Shown piece after piece: positions 52,976-64,000 of a stretch of DNA of 64,000 nucleotides (position 1 is its first letter; each line of letters starts with the position of its first letter). The DNA comes from an uncultured virus (IMG/VR IMGVR_UViG_3300043108_000047). Its lineage: Duplodnaviria > Heunggongvirae > Uroviricota > Caudoviricetes. The stretch covers positions 1-64,000 of the IMG/VR virus record IMGVR_UViG_3300043108_000047; one strand, given 5' to 3'. The notes under the pieces were generated by a model. That model did not search any database, had not been told where the DNA came from, and was given only the letters and a program-made list of their open reading frames with translations. The position numbers and the translations under genes were made by a program.

Positions 52976-54055
52976 CAGTATACCCTATGTCTTTCAACAT
53001 AAGCTCGACTATATCATCACTTGTTATCAAGTGTCTCGCGCTTCGAAACAGCACTATGCTGTGCAATGAATTCTTTCTTAGTAGAACTTTCTCGTATTTT
53101 ATATAAAAGAGATGGAACTTGTTCAATATATGGTTTTACTATTTTAATAAATTTATCAGAATCATTGTTAGTACGTACTGAAATAGAATATAATTTAGAT
53201 TTTTCTATAAAAGGTCTAAATTCTATATCCCAGACATCTTTAAAGTACTCTATTATCATCTTACATGTTTCTTCATTGACACATGTGGATATTTTAATAC
53301 TTCTTTGAATTGATCCATTTCTTTGTTCTGATTCATTTATATTAATAAAACCATCATCCATAAACCATATGGCAAGACCTTGAGCATCCAGCCAATTCAA
53401 TAGGTTTCTTGTAAAGGTTTTCTTTGGAGTATACACCGAGCGTCTTAAAGCTTTAATAGTGGAATGTAAAGATATTTGAGAGTATAAAACACCTTTACCT
53501 TTATTATATCCGCATGTAGATATATACTCCTTAATTCCATTATTTTTTATACCGAGTTTATTAAGTAATCCAACTTTCCATTCTAAATATTCTCGTTGCT
53601 CTACAGAATGAGAAAGTTTAAAAACATAATTACTAGAGATTGTGCCATCTCCCAGTAATAATGCTATTAATAATCTTTTTTGTTCTTTACTAAGTGATTT
53701 TTGAATTTTTCTTGCCATTTATTCAATAATTTAAATTAAACATTGAATAAAAGTTCTACTCCCTTTCGGGATAGTCTGTGAACTTTCATCCTTGCAAATA
53801 TAGTAAATATTTTATCAATTGACTAATCAATTTATATAAATTTTACCTAGGATGCTTAGCTGCGGATTGTCTAATTTTATATACTTTTTACTATACCAAT
53901 AGTAATTAATTATTGCCATTAGATGTATTTCTACTCTAATTTAGTATATATAAACTTAAAGAGTTTCCCGCAATTCACGAGATTTTATGACTACAATATT
54001 TTATCTAGTTTAACTAGAAGGGGTTATGTCATACTACTCTGGTATGGTAGTATCA
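52976..54055 (-). mobile_element. group I intron splitting the RNAP catalytic DxDxD motif
   Basis: P1 GACTAT|.../GTAGTC, P10 AATATT/GATATT; P AATTGCGGGAA, Q AATCCGCAGC, R TTCACAGACTA, S TGATATAGTCG; terminal G at 52976. Confidence 0.92.
53017..53718 (-). CDS. LAGLIDADG_2 (I-SceI-like) homing endonuclease
   Basis: LIALLLGDGTI, QREYLEWK, GLAIWFMDDG; no internal TAG. Confidence 0.9.
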   Translation of the reverse strand: MARKIQKSLSKEQKRLLIALLLGDGTISSNYVFKLSHSVEQREYLEWKVGLLNKLGIKNNGIKEYISTCGYNKGKGVLYSQISLHSTIKALRRSVYTPKKTFTRNLLNWLDAQGLAIWFMDDGFININESEQRNGSIQRSIKISTCVNEETCKMIIEYFKDVWDIEFRPFIEKSKLYSISVRTNNDSDKFIKIVKPYIEQVPSLLYKIRESSTKKEFIAQHSAVSKRETLDNK

Positions 54056-57000
54056 ATAGTCAGAACCCTAAAGCCAGGTCTGCCAATGGCTTACATAGCA
54101 TATATTCTTGCTACTCTACGTAAAAGCTACTGCTTTCATCTACATAAAAGACTGTAAAGTCTAAGCAGGGATACGAGCAGCTGTAAAATATAAAGATTTC
54201 AAGAAAGAAGAATAGACTTCCTCTGCAAATTGTGAATAATAATTTACTAAAGCTGCATTATATTTCTTTGTATCTATATTAATATGATCATTTTTTATTT
54301 TAGCTGGTTTTAAATATTCTTCTAGAGTTTCATTTAAAAATTCTCCAGCTTTTCCAGTAATGTTTATATGAGGAATAATACTCTTAATATGGTCAGCTGA
54401 TGATGTATACATAGAATCATTAAGTCTTATGCCATTATAATTATTCTCATAATACATTTTAGTCATAATACTTCCAATCTATTTATATACATCATTCATA
54501 AGTTTATCTCTGAGAGCTTTTACTTTCTAGTCTTTATCTAATTTCTAATATTCTTCTGAATCTGTAAATCCAGTATCCTTTCCAAAGGCTGATAACATAT
54601 TCTAAATATTAAAATGTCTTAGATTATAGGTTATAGGATGATTTCCTTTAACTTCAACTATCTAATAGTTAGAAACATATTCTTTATATCTATATACAGC
54701 GCCTTTATAGTATCTAAGTTCTGGATCTACAATCTCAGTATTATCTTTAGCACTATAAAATTTACCTTTTTGATAAACTATATCTTTTGTCTTTATATTC
54801 TTACCTACTTTAAATAAAATCTAATTATCTTTTGTGGTAGCATATACTTCATTATTTTTTTCTAAAGTATATTTCCAACCAATATTTCTAGGTTTAAATA
54901 CATTTTCTGGATCTACTTTAGGAGTTTTAAAAGTAATGTAAGTATGTTTACCGCTACCGGTAGTAAATGCCATATCATAATGTTTGGAAATAATAGGAGT
55001 AATTCTTCTAGGTTTAAAATAATTAGCACCGAAAGATTTTAATTCGGCTAAAGATCTTCCAGAAGTATTGTACTTAGAAGCATACATATTAGAAATTACT
55101 AATTCTGCAGCTTCGTTTTTTAAATTATATATTTTTCTACCTTTGTAAAATCCTTTTTCTAGTTCATCAAACATTTTCTAAATTTCACGTCTATTCTAAG
55201 TAGCATTAAAATTAGAATCTTCTCTATTTAAAAATGACTACACTACTGGTTCTGTTAAGAATACATTAGTAGAGACTCTATGTGTAGTAGCCTTAGCTAA
55301 AGTCTTCAATCCTCTTTCTTCTTCGTAGTAAGTATTTTTACCTCTTTCTACGATAGGATTAACAGTATTTATTACGACTGCATAAATTCCTGGAACTTTG
55401 CCATCCTCTAATTTTTTCTTAAATATTTCCCGATTTCTTTCAACCCAAGTATTGAAAGTATCCTTACCATATTCTATACCAAATATATCTTTAAAGAATT
55501 CTTCATCAGTTTTGTCCTAGTAACCATATCTGGCTTTTCTTTCTTTTAATGTTTTTCCATGACCATTCTTTAAATCCAGTTCTCCTTTTTTATTTGGAAT
55601 TTCTTGCCTAACATTCTTTTCGTCAATAGTAAGATCTTTCCAATCATTATTCTATCGACGCCCATTAGACATAATTTCTTTTAATTCCCAATAAAGTTTA
55701 TTCCAGTGGGCAAAACCTTCCACATCCTAACCAGTTCTATTCTAACCATCTACATACTAAATTATAGAATATGGCTATTTGGCTACATAAAACTCATCCC
55801 CAACTTCAGGTGCCCCAGATCCTTTAGTTTTAACAGCACTGTCGAAACCTCTAGAATAATCAGAATTAGAACCGTGCCAATATATATCTTTTTCAACACT
55901 ATTGGGATAAATACTGCGAATGTACTGAGCATAATCTTCATTTGTTGCATTTATTTCCTATAGAGTAGTTGCTAATTCCGGGTTTTGCTACATTACTACT
56001 CGTACCTAATCTAGCGTATTCTAACTTATAGATTCTAAATTAGGAGTTTCAGACTATTGCTAAAGTGCAAACCAATTTTTAAATTGCTCAATATCCTATG
56101 TGGTTCCTAAGAAATGCACATTCTCTTTCTTATTATTTAAAATAACTGCTACATCAGATCCAAATTCATTATCAGTTTGTTTCCCTAAAATAGCATCATT
56201 TGGAGCTTTATCTTCGTCATATTCAAAAGATATTCTAGCAGGAGCTAAGTCTCTAGCCTATGTAACATTTACTGCATAAGATATGTCATCTTCAGGATTA
56301 AGTTGTCTACCAATTAATTTCTAGATAAAATTTCTAGTAGTTTCTTTTCTATAAACTCCTGTTATATCATTATTAGTACGCCCCTCAAAGGCATAATAAT
56401 TATATGGATCATCAAGTCTTAAAGTAGTTGCATATTCACCATTTATTAAAATATCTACTATATCAGTAGGCTAAAATTTAGTATTATCAAATGTTGCCTT
56501 CTTCCATTCTTTTTCCTAAAAAGTATGTAAATAAGCAGCCACTAAATTTTTATTATAAATAGCAATACTTTCCTTAGAAGGGTCAAAATCTCTAAAAAAA
56601 GATTCTTTACGTTGTAACTATCTAGCTTTTTTTAATACATCATCAAACTATTCCTCATTTCCATTATACTTAAAAATCTAAATAATTCCATATCCCGGTA
56701 CCATTACACACCCAGATCCTGGAAATTTACGTTTAACGGATTTTTTATTTAAATTAGAAATAAATGTAGGAATGATCTAAGTAAATAAATTACTATCACT
56801 AAGAGGTAACTTAAGATTATCTAATGTATGATCACTTGTTAAATTAAATCTTTTCTTAATTTCCTATACTATAGGTGTCGCTAAATCTACTTGATCTACA
56901 CGCTATTTATAATTATTTAATAACGTTTTACCTATAATATCATACATTTCAGATTTAATAGCAATAGTAGGTAAATCATTACTTTTCGCTCTAATATATT

Positions 57001-60000
57001 TAACAGCAGCATTAATTTCTTCTTCAGATGCTTTGGTGCATAAATATCCTAATGTTCTATATACTTGCTTAGATATTCCATGTAATCGACCCCCAGCTTC
57101 CAAAGCTGATATTACCTGAGTAAACTCAGTCATTTGAGCATCGTCAATATCGTGGTCTGCATCCATTTGAATTCCTAATCCATTAGAATTTAAAGTCATA
57201 TACCTTAATTTAGTCTAACCTTTCCAAGCCTCTACACCATTTATATTTGCAGTTCCATTTTTAACAGCAGACTAATTTGCGGCATAAGAAATCATCATAT
57301 CCTTTAAAGGTTGATAATAAGTGCTCTAACTCATAATATCACTATCGGCATTTTCTTGTCGTATAGTTACATTATTCATGAATCCTACAACTGCATATGA
57401 AGAAACATCTGAATATTTAAGAACATTAGTATCATTATCATCTAGTACTCGTTCCATAGAGTAAATACCTCCAAGAACATTAAATAATTCAAATAAAGAA
57501 TTTATATTATGAGTTCCTTTAACTTTCGGAGAAATTCCTCTAAATTTAAGATGATTACTATCAGCATCAAATCTATGATATACTTTAACAGGATCTCCAG
57601 AACTTACTCTATCACCACTTATATTTACAGCAAATTCTTTAGTATAATAACCAAATTCATCTAATCCAAAATCAACGATTCTATAATAGCTGCCATTTTC
57701 CTCATAGAATAATTCTCTACCTGCTAATATATCCTAATAGAAATCAATTTTAGTAAAGCCATTCTTTTTATATCCTTTAGAATTAACTAGATCAAAAGGA
57801 ACTCCCTTATCATTATTCCAGGTTACCTGCCCATCCTCTCCAACTGTTGTCCATTGTAAATTAGTCATTTGCTTAAACAAATCATACAATTTAATATCCG
57901 AGTTAAGAGATGTTCGCATTCTTTCATTTGTTATAGTAAATGTTGCAAATTTAAGAAGAGTTGCGGACATTGTTCTAGTATCGTAACTATGCCAAATTGG
58001 TTTCTTATCGACTCCAACTTCCTAATCTTGTAAACCTCTATTTTCAAGAATTGATACAAAAGGATTAATGTACGCAGAACCATCATGAGCATCTTCAGTA
58101 TCCGAGTCACCTCTAAAATTAAATATCTTAGCTTGGGTATCTTTAATAACAGCTACCTTCATTTTAGCTGGAACTCCATTTAATACATTCTATTGTATAT
58201 ACTACAGAGTAGCAGGAATAATTACATTACGTTTTAATTGAGTACCTTGTGCTACAGCTTCAATTTTAGTAATAACTTTATCATATAATGGTTTTAAATC
58301 TGAATGCTATTTTACCCAAATTAAATCCTTAAAATTATCCTTAGCTTCATATTTTTGATAAATATTTCCATCAAGAGCATATAAATTCTTATTAAATTCC
58401 TGAATAATATTCTATTTAATATTGTCAGAATAACTAAGTTTTGCTCCCATAGGTAATACATTAATAATATTTTTTATAAGAACTCCATTTAAATTAGTTC
58501 CATCTAATGTATAATTACCTATACCATCAGTTGTCAATACTGCATTTCCTTCATCAGTACTTAACTATATTTCAGTATCACTAATTTTTGTTGTTTTAAT
58601 GTCATTAGTATTAACTTTATTAAATTCAAAATTAGTTCCAGTAGTAAAAAATTTAAAATACTGAGGACTATTCTAAGGATTAATACCTAATTTTAATAAC
58701 TCTGAAGTATAATTAATTTTAGCCTTATCTGGATGAGCAATTTCGGAACCTGTTAATTCAAATCGTAAATTATTAGCCAGAAGAGTATCAGTAAAGAAAT
58801 ATTTTTCTAATAAAGGATTTAATTCTATAGTATCATTTTCATTATATTCAATTTCGGAACCTTGATAAATATTCGCACCATTTACTTTAGCTAATATTAA
58901 TTTATTATGATATATCCAATTATTCCTATAATGTTCATTTTTAGTTACTGTTGTCGAACCTTCGATCATTTCTTTTTTAGAAAATACTTCATCAATAATA
59001 CGAGAAATAGGATTACTAGTTATTCCTTTTCTAATATTGGGATCGTTATCATCAAAATAAGATACATAGAAATTAACTCCTGAAGAAAGTAAATCATTTA
59101 AAAAATTAAACTGTTCTCGTTTAAAACGATTTACCAAAGAATTTCTATCCGCATATAAATTAGTTGCATAATGATATAAAAGTTCATTAAATTTACAATG
59201 TTCCCCATTTTTTCTATAATGAGTATCTAAAATTAATGATATTCCTTTTGAATCAGCTAAACTTAATAATTGCTCTTCTGAAACAGTATTTAACCAAGAA
59301 TTAACTTCCTCCAAAGAAGCATCTGGTTTACCCATTACATTTTTTAAATCGTTTAGTATATTATTATAAGAATTTATATAAGCCTAACCTACCGTGTCCT
59401 AGTATAAATCAATTAAGTTATCACTAGACATTTCCCATATTGATTTATTATCATAAGACTTATTAGGAGCTTTAATTTTCTTATTAGCCTTAATAGCATA
59501 AGTAATAAAAGAAGTTTTATCAGAATAAGTTGTAGGCTATATCAATATAGTTTCATGTAATTTATTTTTAGTGTTACCAAATTTATCAGAATTTAATTTA
59601 GACTATAAATAATTTCCATAAAAATTCTAGATAATGGAGGAATAAAACAACTCAGATGCCTTCATATCTTTAACACTCTTTTTTATACCTGTTCTAGATT
59701 GTGCATCCTAATTAAGTACAGTTTGTGCAATTAATCCATTGTTTTCTGTAAATAATAATGGCGTAGTAGCCTATCCATTCTATTCTTGTTCTGCTTTCTA
59801 ATACTAAGATAAATAGTATTTTATATTTCCACCTAAAAACGATACTCTACTATTAGCAATTTTATTATTGTTAATATCATTAGTAGTAGATTTAGAAATG
59901 TCCCCGTTTATTTGAGACTCTATATCGGCTAAATTATCTATCCAAGAATCACTTGTTCTAACAGAAATTAATTTTGGGATTCCTAAAGTGTTACTTAAAA

Positions 60001-62227
60001 AGTTTTTATATTTTTCATACGAATTAAAATTCAAATTTCTAAAAGGCAAATACCCATCACTACTTTTTAGAAATTCAGTAAAATACATTTTATTAGGATA
60101 TTTTCCTTCTTTCAATTTTACATTAAATCTGTGGTACAAATCATTTACTACAGCAGTTCTAAATACACTTCCTAAGATTTCTTCAATGTATAGATTTTTA
60201 TTAGCGTCATATCCTTTATAGAATAACAATTTAGTTAATCCATCTTTTGATAAAAAATCAGTTCCTAAATAATCGTCTATTAATTGTATAGTATCCCTAA
60301 ACAATTTCTCATCAGAAGACAATGCAGAAGGATTATTTCCTAATTGTAGTATTCTATTTATAGAGGATTCGGAAATTAAATCTATAGTAGAATCTTTTTG
60401 ATCAAATATTGTATTTAATCTAGGATTTGAAAAAGTTATTTTAATAGGTTTGGAGGATAAAATACCCATATCATTCTTAGTAGTTCCTGTAATGTAAAAA
60501 TCCCCAACTTTAATAGAATATGTATGACAATCGTGTCTTCCTAATCGTTTGGACTCTTCGATTGACATATCTTCATCTATAAGTTGATATTTATCACATA
60601 AAGCTTTTCTAAGAGCGTCATTTTTAGTTATAGAATCGTATTCACTATTAATTCTATTTATTACATTATACTAACCTTTTCTAGCTGCCCCCTTCTTTTT
60701 GGTAGTTACTTCTACCATATTAGATTCTTTAGAATACACAGCTTGAGTATAAGTAGAATCCATGGTTCTGTCCATTACTCCTGTAATGGCATCTACTACA
60801 GAATAACCATTAATTGTAAAACTATTCTTAAGAGCTTCTATTTCAATTCTTCTAATTGAATTTTCATTATTAAGATCAAAAACATATTTAGCAACTGAAG
60901 TAAGTATATTAAGATTAAAATCATTAATTCCGGCAGCTTTTAATTTATAAGCCATTTCAGGTTTTAAAATTTCCTAAAATATTATTTTACTATATACCTA
61001 CGGATCATTATGAAAATTTTTAATTGCTTTCTACAGAGTAATAGCATTAGACAATCGATCGGCATTAACGAATAAATCTTCTTTAGCACGAGTAAAACTT
61101 CCTATAGAACAATATCTATTTAAAAATTTATTTTCGGTTGTTGAATATATTGGAATAGTACTGATTGCTAATTTTGAAAATTTGCCGATATGATCTAAAG
61201 CATTGTTTTTATCGTCGGAAGTTTCCCAACCTTTTACTTTATGTTCATCATCTTTAGCAAATCTGTATTTTAAAAAAGAAGAATCCATTTCAACATTATT
61301 TAATCCGGAATCACTTAATTCTATACTTCTTCCTACAGCATCTTTTAACATGTCGTCAAAATAGATTAAATTAACATAAGAATTTAAAGCATCATAGAAG
61401 CTATCAGAATATCCATTTAGACGTTTTCTCCAACCTTCTGTAACTAAATCTTCAAGAGTTCTGTTTTCCTAATCTATTTTTAAACCTTCGTCTTTAACTT
61501 TTTTTAATTCATTGTAGAATTGATTTAAAACTTGTAAATATCCTTTCTATAGTTCACCGTCTTCATTATATAATTCTTCTCCAAAATTATAATTCGGATT
61601 GATAGACTTTAAATAATTTACAATATTTTTAAAATACCTATTTTTAATGTCACATATAGCATCATTTAAATCCGCTCGTGTTCTAATAAGCTGCCTATTG
61701 TCTACGTCTACAACAGTAACTTTAGAAATATCTCTTCCAAATTGTTCTACTCTATAATCATTTGCTTTAATTACCGTACCATAATAATCCTCTACTATAT
61801 CTCTTAGTTTCTAACTTAATCGATCCTTTTCATTAGGAAAATCTTCAAGATTTTCAATTTCAGGTTCTTCCGGATCTGTTTCAGTTTTTATATCCTCTGC
61901 ATTTAATCCAGAATCAGTAATAAAGTTTTCATTTATAGTTTTTAAAAGAGAATCTACATCTACACTTTTCTACAATACATCTCTCCATTTTTCAATTAAT
62001 CCTGTTAAAGTTTGCTATAATAAAGGAATAGACTTTAAGTATTTCTAAGTTTTATTTGTTTTATCTCCAAATTCGAAAGCGACGGCATCACTTTTAAGAG
62101 CATTAATTATTGCTCCATATACTACATCAACTCCTTTACCCTTGTTTTTCCTCGTTGCCGAGCTTAGTATAGATACCAAGCTCGGACTATGAGTATTATT
62201 AAATGTTTCTTTTATACAGTACCCCAT
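54056..62227 (-). CDS. virion-encapsidated double-psi-beta-barrel RNA polymerase, exon 1 (TAG=Gln; spliced ~3800 aa)
   Basis: All - strand fragments from 54161 to 62045 share one frame and end at TAG; HDGSAYINPF, RKFPGSG, RIPA(Q)TLQS, WL(Q)GSDY|DIDK. Confidence 0.85.
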
Positions 62228-62244
62228 AAATAATTTTTATTTTA

Positions 62245-64000
62245 TTAACAATTTGTCTTGGAGGTAAGTCCTGCATATAATTCATCAACTGCGTCTTCTC
62301 CAGCAAGCATTACCTATTCTTCCACAAATGATATTAATTTATTAATACTATCTGAATAATCTTTAGATGTTTTAGATTCATTACCATAACTATTGTAGCC
62401 GCCTTCTAAGAAATCTACAAATTCTATTAAACTAGGATCCATTTTAAAAGTATCAATAAGCTCCTAATTACTGTTTATCCATTCTGTTATATAGGATTTT
62501 AGATATTCTAATTTAGCTTGTTGTATTTTTATTAGTTCTTCTTCACTTACTTCTGAATTATTTTTAGCTTTTTCAGCGGCTTCTTCAATTTCTGTACTTA
62601 TAGCTTTATTAACAATTTTTTCGACTTTTAAACCATTTTTATTACCTCTTATTACTTTTAATATTGTACCATTTGGTAAAGTTAATATTAATGTACTATC
62701 TTCCCAAGAAATATCTTCAGGATTAATACTTTTAATAGGTTCTTTTAAATTAGCCTTTTCAGAAATTTGTTCAAGAATAGTTACTCTAGTAATTCCCGAT
62801 TCTCCTTTTGACATATGATATATTTCATTACCGGTAACTAACTATTGGCTAAATAATCTTTCGCTATTCTTAGATAATTCTTTATTTATAAGTGGGATAA
62901 GAGCTTCCTAGATAGCATCGTCATTTTCAGCTTTCTTCTTAATTTTATTTATTTGATCGTCTGAAATACCTAGTTGCTAACTTTCTGCTATTAAATCTAA
63001 AGTCTCTTGAGAATGAGTTTCTGTGGGTTCTATTGGGGGTTCTTCTGTTTCTTCTACCTAAGTCGATTCCACAGCTTTCTGTAATTCATTTAAAGTAACT
63101 ACAAATATAGGCATGTCAATATCAGCATTAACCGTTAATAATTTTTCGTTAGTAATACATTTTCTAAACATTGCCTAATTATTAATTTCTCCAACAACTT
63201 CAGCACCCATTGGATCAATATAAATACCATTTGGAAAATATGCATCAGTTGCGTGCCAATTAGTTCTAGTAGGATTTGCAGTTGTACCATGGAATGCTAG
63301 AGAAATTAAATCATAAAAAGAATTATCATGAAAATCTTCCCCGAGATCTCTAGGTATGTAAATATCACTTTTAGAATTTACAAATTCTCCATAATAAAAC
63401 TTTATATCTTTAGTTTTATCATTAGCGTCTTTTAAAACAATAGGAGCAATATTATAATCCTCATTATACTAATATCTATAAAGATTTTTATAAATATACT
63501 AAAGTACATTAGGAATATGTTTTAATGCTTCTTTCTTTGGAAACTATATTTCATAATTAACTCCATCTTCTGTAAAAGATAATGCAGATCCAGTAATTAA
63601 AGAAGAAGTTAATCCAGATATTGAATTTCTAAATCCCTCTTTAGTGGTAATTTGTCTATCTTTAGGCCACTCCTTTCCATCATTTGTTTTAAGTTTGACA
63701 GTATCTTTAAGTACAGTTGATATTAGATAATCTAACATTTTATACTATTTTTGAGCTGTAAAAGGAGTTATATATATTCCTACCGGAGTTTTATTAAGTC
63801 CTTTATAAAATCCATTATCAGCACTAATATTAGTTAGTTCTCTTAAATAGGTTCCCGAACCAAGTCTGCTACCACCTACTCGAAATTGTCGTACTCTAGA
63901 TGCTAAACTATCATTAAAATCTGAAAGTAACTTAAGTTCTTCCTAAGTTGCAGTAGTTTCTGATAAAATTTTGTCTACTTCTTCATCTACTTCCTCTGCA
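62245..64000 (-). CDS. large virion cargo protein, C-terminal part (TAG=Gln, 5' end outside window)
   Basis: Fragments 62464 and 63544 share one frame; ends GLTSKTNC* (TAA 62245-62247). Confidence 0.75.

Noticed and set aside
43509..60221. Short + strand ORFs in the late block (e.g. 55706..55963, 53021..53308)
   Set aside because: Antisense to continuous recoded genes or to the HEG.
42765..64000. Apparent pseudogene field or non-coding DNA on the - strand
   Set aside because: Fragments are co-framed and broken by TAG, with catalytic motifs intact; recoding explains the pattern.
1..64000. Suppressor tRNA or other tRNA genes
   Set aside because: No cloverleaf or T-loop signature seen in the intergenic gaps; probably elsewhere in the genome (needs tRNAscan).
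1..64000. CRISPR array, DGR or retron, inteins
   Set aside because: No regularly spaced direct repeats and no reverse transcriptase motifs seen. The interruptions have group I RNA motifs and in-frame stops rather than intein C...HN ends. Inteins in the giant recoded genes were not exhaustively excluded.

Overview
AT-rich segment of a large crAss-like (Crassvirales) phage of a Bacteroidetes host; the intron density and recoding resemble the intron-rich recoded crAss-like lineages (inference). The window has two convergent blocks meeting at tandem terminator hairpins (~42690-42770). The + strand block (1-42686) is essentially standard-code and holds replication, recombination and nucleotide-metabolism genes: SF2 helicase end, DnaB, AAA ATPase, primase, resolvase, exonuclease, Dda helicase, NrdD/NrdG, dUTPase, ligase, a host-like sigma-70, PolA, ThyX, three metallophosphoesterases and many small accessory ORFs. 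The - strand block (42765-64000) looks fragmented but is four giant virion-cargo genes in which TAG reads as Gln, including a ~3800-aa virion RNA polymerase. Seven group I introns each interrupt a conserved motif; five carry homing endonucleases (HEGs) and one more HEG is free-standing. Most interesting observations: two HEGs in the standard-code block contain in-frame TAG codons; HEG starts are paired with internal promoters and start-sequestering hairpins; an apparently circularly permuted ADP-ribosyltransferase-like domain is inserted in the RNA polymerase; consecutive cargo proteins show a head-to-tail Cys pattern; the phage sigma has an altered region 4.2; and there is an ArdA-like paralog family. 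No tRNA or CRISPR array was seen. All calls are by eye, with no database searches run.
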